Below are positions 57,005-64,000 of a DNA stretch of 64,000 bases, piece by piece. This DNA is from Octopus sinensis (lineage: Eukaryota), in the NCBI RefSeq assembly GCF_006345805.1, contig NC_043013.1, forward strand, positions 24,366,001 through 24,430,000, written 5' to 3'. How positions within the stretch are numbered: the stretch's first letter is position 1; every line of letters begins with the position of its first letter. The translations under genes were made by a program, and so were the position numbers. The notes beneath the pieces were generated by a model. The model had not been told where the DNA came from. It searched no databases and was given only the letters and a program-made list of their open reading frames with translations.

Positions 57005-57040
57005 TTTTCTGCTGAAGAGCGTAGGCTCGAAACGTAAAAG
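57005..57040 (+). ncRNA. Hammerhead-like motif with core mutation (Penelope pLTR remnant)
   Basis: UUUU-CUGCUGA-A-GAGC(GUAG)GCUC-GAAAC-GUA-AAAG; the core A is replaced by C. Confidence 0.55.
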
Positions 57041-57129
57041 ACATTCCCGAGCGTCAAGCTAATACACCTATCTTCGTCCTTTGTTTTTCTGTAAATTATA
57101 TATATATATATATAACTTAGATATGTTTC

Positions 57130-57890
57130 GACCACCTGATAGGATTAACTAAATCCTTTTAAAGTCAAGTTTTGTGGTATCATGGTCTATTCGAGTAGGG
57201 AGTTCTTGCTGTGTGAGCTGTATCCAGGTACAGGTGGCTCATCTAGTATTCCTTGAAAAAAATTGTCCAGATTCCGTTTAAAGGTGATGGCATTCTTTTC
57301 ATCTTTTCGGGACAATGTTAAATAGTGCAGGGCCTGTTGAGGAAAAGAAATTGTATTAGTGTATTTATGTGTTGATATATTGAATTGGGGAGGAGACATA
57401 TGGCTCGTGGTCCTAGCTTTGGATGAATTCTGAAACTAATGCTAATGTTATATGGACAATGCTGGTGGTATATTCCCCACATCGTGCAAAAGATGTATCA
57501 CTCACGGCGGCGCTGAAGAGAATAAAGTTTCAATGCCTTAAGGCAGTCGCAACAATCGAGATCACTCTTGCCCTTAATTCTTTTAGTGAATGCCCTCTAG
57601 GGTGACTCAATTTTCGAAATGTTTTGTAGGGGAAGACCACAGGAGGCAGCAGTATTCGAGGTGTGGCCGTACAAAGGAGATGACACCTTGTTCTCTGCAC
57701 CGGAAGGTCTTTATGATTCAGGAGCTCATCCTACGAGCTATATCAACCTTATTGTTGATGTGGGCTCTCCAGCTGAGATTGTTGTCAGCAATTACTCCTA
57801 AGTCCCTGATATTATTAGATGCTGTGTGTGATTCCTCTGAAGGAAGAGAGTATGGCTGTTATAGCATAGTCTTTCTTTTATAATGCATCA
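57130..57890 (-). mobile_element. CR1/Jockey-type LINE 3' fragment, decayed
   Basis: DLGVIADNNLSWRAHINNKV, ISKIESP and FKRNLDNFFQGILDEP remnants. Confidence 0.7.
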
Positions 57891-57891
57891 G

Positions 57892-57966
<75 letters not shown>

Positions 57967-58284
57967 ATATCTATATATATATATGGCACAACGAAGTACC
58001 GATATTTACTGGAAAATAGCGAACGTAATAAATCCGACGCTAATGTATAGCTTCACCGCGTATGTACTAGCAAAAATGCGTGTGTGCAACAAACTTGAAA
58101 AAAAATTGTCTTACCTCCAGGGAGAACATCTGAAAGATGAAATACCTAGAAAGGGATAATGTGGGACCGGTTTCAGATTTCTCAAGATATGTCTGCACAC
58201 ATATACTTGATTTATCTTCATCAGCCAACATACACCTCGACAACATTTCAGATGTTGTCACATCAATGCCAATGACAAGTGTCC

Positions 58285-58595
58285 GCTACTATAGCCTCTG
58301 GTCGATCAAAGCCTTGTGAGTGGATTTGGTAGGCGGAAACTGAAAGAAGCCCGTCGTACATATGTATGTGTGTGTGTGTGTGTGTGTTTGTTCCGTGTTG
58401 GTCCCCTCCCCATCGCTTGGCAACTGATGCTGATGTGTTTACGTCCCCGTAATTTAGCTGTTCGGTAAAAGAAACCAGTAGAATAAGTACTAGGCTTACA
58501 AAGAATAAGTTCTGAGGTTGATTTGTTCGACTAAAGGCATTGCTCCAGCATAGCCTCAGTCAAATGACTGAAACAAATAAAAGAATAAAAGAATA
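58285..58595 (+). mobile_element. Family-C SINE, 5' truncated
   Basis: Body and tail match 20357-20800. Confidence 0.85.
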
Positions 58596-59767
58596 TTGAA
58601 CAGTTGAAGACGTTCATATACCGGAAATGGCTGAGGTGAAATAAGTTGCCTGTATTTTGACACATGTACTTGACTCTCAAAAACCTCAGTCACTGACTCT
58701 GCTGGATAAAACTCGATACCGAGTGTAGTGGTTGTTACTCTTTAACTTCTGGTGAGTCCTAATCGAGCAGACCTATGTTTAAGGTCCCATTCAGATCTAT
58801 GCCTAGGTAACATGTACTTTGGAATACACCCTATAAGTTCCTTCGTACAATAGTAGTTTATGAACTAAAGGAAATTTGATCGGGAGATCGTTTAGAGGCT
58901 CCCTTGTTGGGTAGCTTCTAATAGAAGTAGTAACACTGAAAACGGGACCTACGTTTCATTGGCGTGCAATATTGAGTTTAGTCTGAATTGCAGAGGGACT
59001 CACCAAGATGACCTGTCAGATACTTAATATAAATATGATGCCCTCAGATTTAACTCAACAACCCAATGGTTTATGGAATTCTTTTGAAAGTATATATACA
59101 TGTTTATTAGGTTTACAACCGGAAACCAGATTCCTGTGAACTGGTATCAATTTTCAATTTCCGGTTTGATTTTCCCTTCGTGAATATTACTAATATCCAT
59201 GAGAAAGACATAACCGTGACACCAATTCATTTCCTCGACTGCATAAACTTGGGCGTGTGATTATAAGAGAAATCTATTTTACCGATCATATACGGATGTT
59301 TAAGATTATGGTTTTCTCAAGTTAAGAACTAATACAATTAACTTTTTGTTGTTGTTGACAAAAAAAGGAAGCTTGTCAGAAATAGCAGTGAAACTTCAGT
59401 GCTCTAAAAGGGAACGTCTCATATTAATAAATTCAACTCTAACCTCTGATCTCAATGTACTGAAGACTGTTTCCTTTGCTTCATATCGAGCCAAATACTC
59501 TTGTGCAGAAATTCAGTATACTTTGTACTATTGATATATAACGGTAGTACGGATACATATATATATATATTAGTTTGCCACTTATTTACAGTGTTACATT
59601 ACATTACTAAGTGACGCATATTCACAGCTAAATGAAACTGTTTGAAAGCGAGGATTCTAGGAGATAGACAGAGGGAAATATTAGGGGCAACTTACGAACA
59701 GCAGAACCTGGTTACTGAAACAATTTTCAATCTGGTGTATGCAAGTGTATGCAGATGAACATATATA

Positions 59768-61046
59768 TCAGGTCATCCCATTAGATTTGTCCGAATTTTG
59801 AATAAAGACAACAAGTGATCAAATGTTATATTTAATTGAAATTTAATCATCAATGTACTTTCCCTGATTATCTATGACTTACTTCCATCTATTTACCAGC
59901 TTTTTAATCTCATCAATGTAAAACTCTTTTGGTTTCAATGCGAAGAACTCTGAAATGTCAGTTTCGACCTCCTCCTGGCTCGCGAAAGTTATGTCTCCTA
60001 ATGATTCTGTAAACTACGAAACAAATGGTAGTCTGAAGGAGCAAGGTCGGGAGAATAAGGTAGATGAGGAATTTTTTCCCAACAAGCTCTTCGATCTTCT
60101 GTGATGTGATCTTTGCAGTGTGGTGTCGCGCATTATCCTGATGAAACATCACTCCTTTTCGATTCACTAAAGCAGGTCTATTTTTCTTCAAAGCACGGTT
60201 CAAACACTCTAATTGCTGACAGTAGACTTGAGCATTGATTGTTGCATTAAGTCGTAACAATTCAAAGTGAATTACTCCTTTGCAATCCCACCAGATAGAG
60301 AGAAGAACCTTTTCCCCATGAAATTCCCTTCTCAGTTGAGGTTGAGCTTTTTCCCTTTTACCAAGCCACTGTTTACGACGTTTAACATTTCGATAGAAGA
60401 TCCATTTTTTGTCACCAGTCACAAATAAAGGGTGAAATAAGTTCGCGAGAATGGAGAGAAGAGCAGATGTCAACTCGGGATTTGCAGTTGCTTTCGGAAA
60501 ATTCATGAGGCACCCATTTTCCAAGTTTATGAATCTTTCCAAGTTGTTGAAGATGTCGATGAACAGTTGTATGGTTTGAACTAAGCTTTATTGCCAATTC
60601 TTCAACTGATAATGCAGGATTTTCTTCAAGTAATGTTTCAAGGAGCTTATCATCAAACTCAATTGGACGTCCTGTTCGATCTTCATCTTCAAGGCTGAAA
60701 TCTCTACTTCTGAATTTTGCAAACCATCTTCTGCAAATTCTTTCATTCAAGCATTCTTTCCCCATAAACTGAGTATATGTTTCGAGTCGCCTCGGCTGCA
60801 GTTTCCTTTTTTGTACTCATAAAGCATTATGTGCCTCAAATGCTCCTTGGATACTTCCATGTTAGAAAGGGTTTTAATCATAGAAATTTTAAGTCTATTA
60901 TTCTGTAAAATAATATTTAATTAGTTAAAATGTACACAAATGCATAAAAATAATTTTTAATTCCATTAAACATTCTAAAATACTATTAAATTTCATTCAA
61001 TTAAAAAAAAAGATAAAATCGGACAGAACTTATGGGATGACTTTGA
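59768..61046 (-). mobile_element. Mariner transposon, full length, frameshifted
   Basis: TIRs TCAGGTCATCCCAT..G.T.TGTCCGA with TA flanks; ATG at 60860; KWVPHE, VTGDKKWIFY, HQDNARHH. Confidence 0.95.
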
Positions 61047-61140
61047 TATATCAAATAACGAAGGCGACTATCCGCAATATAAACTCAAAAAGGTAAAATT
61101 CAGTTGTCAGCAATTGTGGCTGACGGTGCAGGGTACCATC

Positions 61141-61179
<39 letters not shown>

Positions 61180-61190
61180 TTAGATAGATA

Positions 61191-61597
61191 GGCGCAAGAG
61201 TGGCTGTATGGTAAGTAGCTTGTTTACCAACTACATGGTTCCGGGTTCAGTACCACTGCATGGCACCTTGAGCAAGTATCTTCTATAGCCTAAGGCCGAC
61301 CAAAGCCTTGCGAGTGGATTTGGTAGACGGAAACTGAAAGAATCCCGTCGTGTATATGTATATATACATATGTATGTGCGTATATGTTTGCGTGAATGTG
61401 TTTGTACCCCCAACATCGCTTGACAACCGATGCTGTTGTGTTTACGTCCCTGTAACTTAGCGGTTCGACAAAAGAGACCGATAGAATAAGTACTAGGCTT
61501 ACAAAGAATACATCCTGGGGTCGATGTGCTCGACTAAAGGCGTTGCTCCAGCATAGCCGCAGTCGAATGACTGAAACGAGACAAAGAATAAAAGAAT
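61191..61597 (+). mobile_element. Family-C SINE
   Basis: Full head, body and tail. Confidence 0.88.
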
Positions 61598-61769
61598 ATG
61601 TGTGTGTGTACATATAGAAAAAATAGAAGTTGAAAATGCCCTGAGAATAGTTGAAATTAGTTTTTATTATTATATTTAAAGATCTAACTGGTTTCATAGT
61701 TTACACTAATTTTCCAAAAAGTTCAAATAAGAAGACGTGGCTTATGTCGCAACTGTCTTGCTTCTGCTT

Positions 61770-63345
61770 TTCTTTATTCCCCCCCCCCCTTACCGCCCCC
61801 CAGGCCATAACATAGAGGGGACAACACAAGAACAGACAAAACACTTACTGCGGGAACATAAAACGTAAAACGAATGACAAATGACAAAAATGTATAATGA
61901 AAGGATAATAATGAAATGGCTGCATTGAACCCCACTTCTCAAGCAGTACTGTTTTACTGTTAATTTATACAAGTTATGAAAGTTTTCTTTTCTTCTTTCT
62001 TTTTACATCTTTTTCCCCGTTTTTTTGAAAAGAAATTTTAAATTTAATTCTATTTCCTTTTTTTCTTTTTCTCCTTTGTTAAAAAGTCCATTTCTGTTTT
62101 TTCTCTTTTAAAGTAATCCTTTTATTACCATTCCTTAGAGGTACCAACTCCTCGCATTTAACCACCCTGGGCAGCTCCTCAAACTCAATTTCCTGCCTCA
62201 AAGGGTTCACATCAGCCCTAAATAAGTCCTCCAACCTTTCATACCTCCTCTGTCAATCAGCACTCCCTTCACGCGCTCCGGGCAACGCTCAGCTGGCAAT
62301 TCAATCCCTATGGCATCCCTAAACATCGCTATTCTCCGCTCCATGGTGGCACCCCTCACACATGTTACTACATGCCACCCGCTCCCACCGGTATTCCCTT
62401 GTTTACGCCCCGGACCCGAACTGCCCGGGCAGGCCACTTCCCTTGGTTCCCCCGTCCGTACATAACCACAATCGTCCACCATTACAGCCTCCACTCCATG
62501 CTGTGACACCACACTACCCTCTTCTCCACCTTCCTCCCCTGTCTCCGGTTCCCCGTCGGAGAGCTCCCCCGCTTCCCCTCCTTCGCCCACTCACAACAAT
62601 AAACGTCTCCTCCCCACTTCCGACCCCTCCTTCTTGGTGAGCCGCTCCTGCTGCTCCTCCACCCCACCCTCCTGCTGAGGGCACCTCGCCTTCATGTATC
62701 ATTCCTGCTCACATAGAAAACATGTTGGAGGCCCTCCCTCCACCACCACTCCCAGTGCAATGTCCTCCGGCAGAAGAATCTCCTCAACAACTCCATGTAG
62801 GTTCCCCAACCCAACCTGTATTGCGTCTTCCAGGCCGCCGCCTCACCAATTGATCTCCCTCGCCCTGGCCATCATCAGAATCCCTACATCCTCCTCCACT
62901 CCGCGCATGACCGCTGCCACCAGCCAACACGCTTGCCATAGCACATCGGCAGCAGCACTCACTCCTGCGCTCCCACTGGCTCAGTGGAGCGGCCAATAGC
63001 GTCCTCCTCGCTGGACAACCCAACCTCCACTGTTCCATACCTTCTTCCACGCGTATAGAAGGTGGTTAATCCTTCTACGCCATGCAGACACTCCTCAATT
63101 GCCTCCATTGGGGCAACCTCCATCTTGGTAGCAGTTGATAACCGTTACTTCCTCCGGTGGGGCCAACTCCAAGCCGCCCCCCACTACCCTTGCAACAATT
63201 TGCTTCCCTTCTTCCACTCCTTTGTGCCCAGCTCCATCTCGCGAACTTCAACGGTGCCGGTCGCAGTAACCCCTGCAGCTGCGGACACACGTTCGACCCC
63301 TCCCCCCTCCTAGGTCACCCACAATGGTGAGGTGGGAGGCACACA
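61770..63345 (-). mobile_element. ORF1-only Tx1/L1-type element (HAL1-like), decayed
   Basis: GC-rich island. Broken ORF with RRM-like RGRRYGTVEV.LSSEE...LLPMCYGKR and knuckle GPPTCFLCEQE*YMKARCP, ending near 62080. Then ~300 nt of UTR ending in G10-AATAAAG. Confidence 0.6.
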
Positions 63346-63519
63346 CAACGACGGAAATTCAACAATTTAAAAATTTTAACTAATCCCGGTTCAGCCGCAC
63401 GGGGAAACCTACAACAATACATAATAATAATAATAATAGTGTATAACAATTTAACGTTCCAAAGAAATCAACACCAACTCCCAAAAACTGCGAGGCAACT
63501 CTCATCAAGATGGCTTGCT

Positions 63520-63603
63520 TCTGACTAGTGTTTGAAGCTTGCTCTGTTTTTATAGGGAGTCCACGGTTCAAATTTGTATATGCTCTGCATAGGACTTGAT
63601 TGG
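63520..63603 (-). promoter_or_regulatory. Candidate CCAAT + TATA core promoter
   Basis: CCAAT at 63603-63599, TATAAAAA at 63554-63547, Inr-like TCAG/CTAGT 28-32 nt downstream. Confidence 0.25.
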
Positions 63604-64000
63604 TAGAGGATAGTCACTTGACTGGTCTGAAAAGTTTTTGCAGGTTCCCCGCTACGTTCGTCTGTTAGTATCAAGTGACAATGTTTGGCGTCGTAAATTA
63701 AGGTTGACACGATTGACTGAACATGTTTAGTGATAGTACCACACAGTCAATGCTCTGAATGTTTTCTGTCAAGTGTTTGTAGAGAATGAACTCGTGATAA
63801 AGTTTAGAACCTTTTGTACGTTTTCCGCTACGCCCGTGCGTTTCGTGCCTAAAATGAAGGCGACACGGTTGAGCGAACATTGTTATTTATAAATCAGGAT
63901 ACTCTAAATTTAATCTGTCAGATGGGTGAGTGGACAGGAGTCCAGTGGCTAAAGTTTAGGTTGTTAGCTGTGTAGGTTCCTCATGTTAAGTGGAGAATGA

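Overview
AT-rich, repeat-saturated eukaryotic DNA, most likely octopus (inferred from the tRNA-derived SINE families and the very long TA/CA/TATC/ATT microsatellites). There are no prokaryotic features. Most of the window is transposon debris: 4 decayed mariners, one near-complete CR1/Jockey-type ORF2, an RTE LINE, six R4/Dong-type (RLE) fragments next to microsatellites, Penelope pieces with hammerhead-ribozyme motifs, Tx1/L1 fragments including an ORF1-only element, a non-autonomous Helitron, two fold-back MITEs and many SINEs. One host coding exon is convincing (42812-43339, +). It encodes a signal-peptide-bearing member of the CpcT/CpeT (T-type phycobiliprotein lyase / CRUMPLED LEAF) family, which is the most interesting object here. 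Its downstream exon(s) could not be fixed with confidence. All family assignments come from motifs recognised by eye, with no database searches. Boundaries of decayed elements are approximate.
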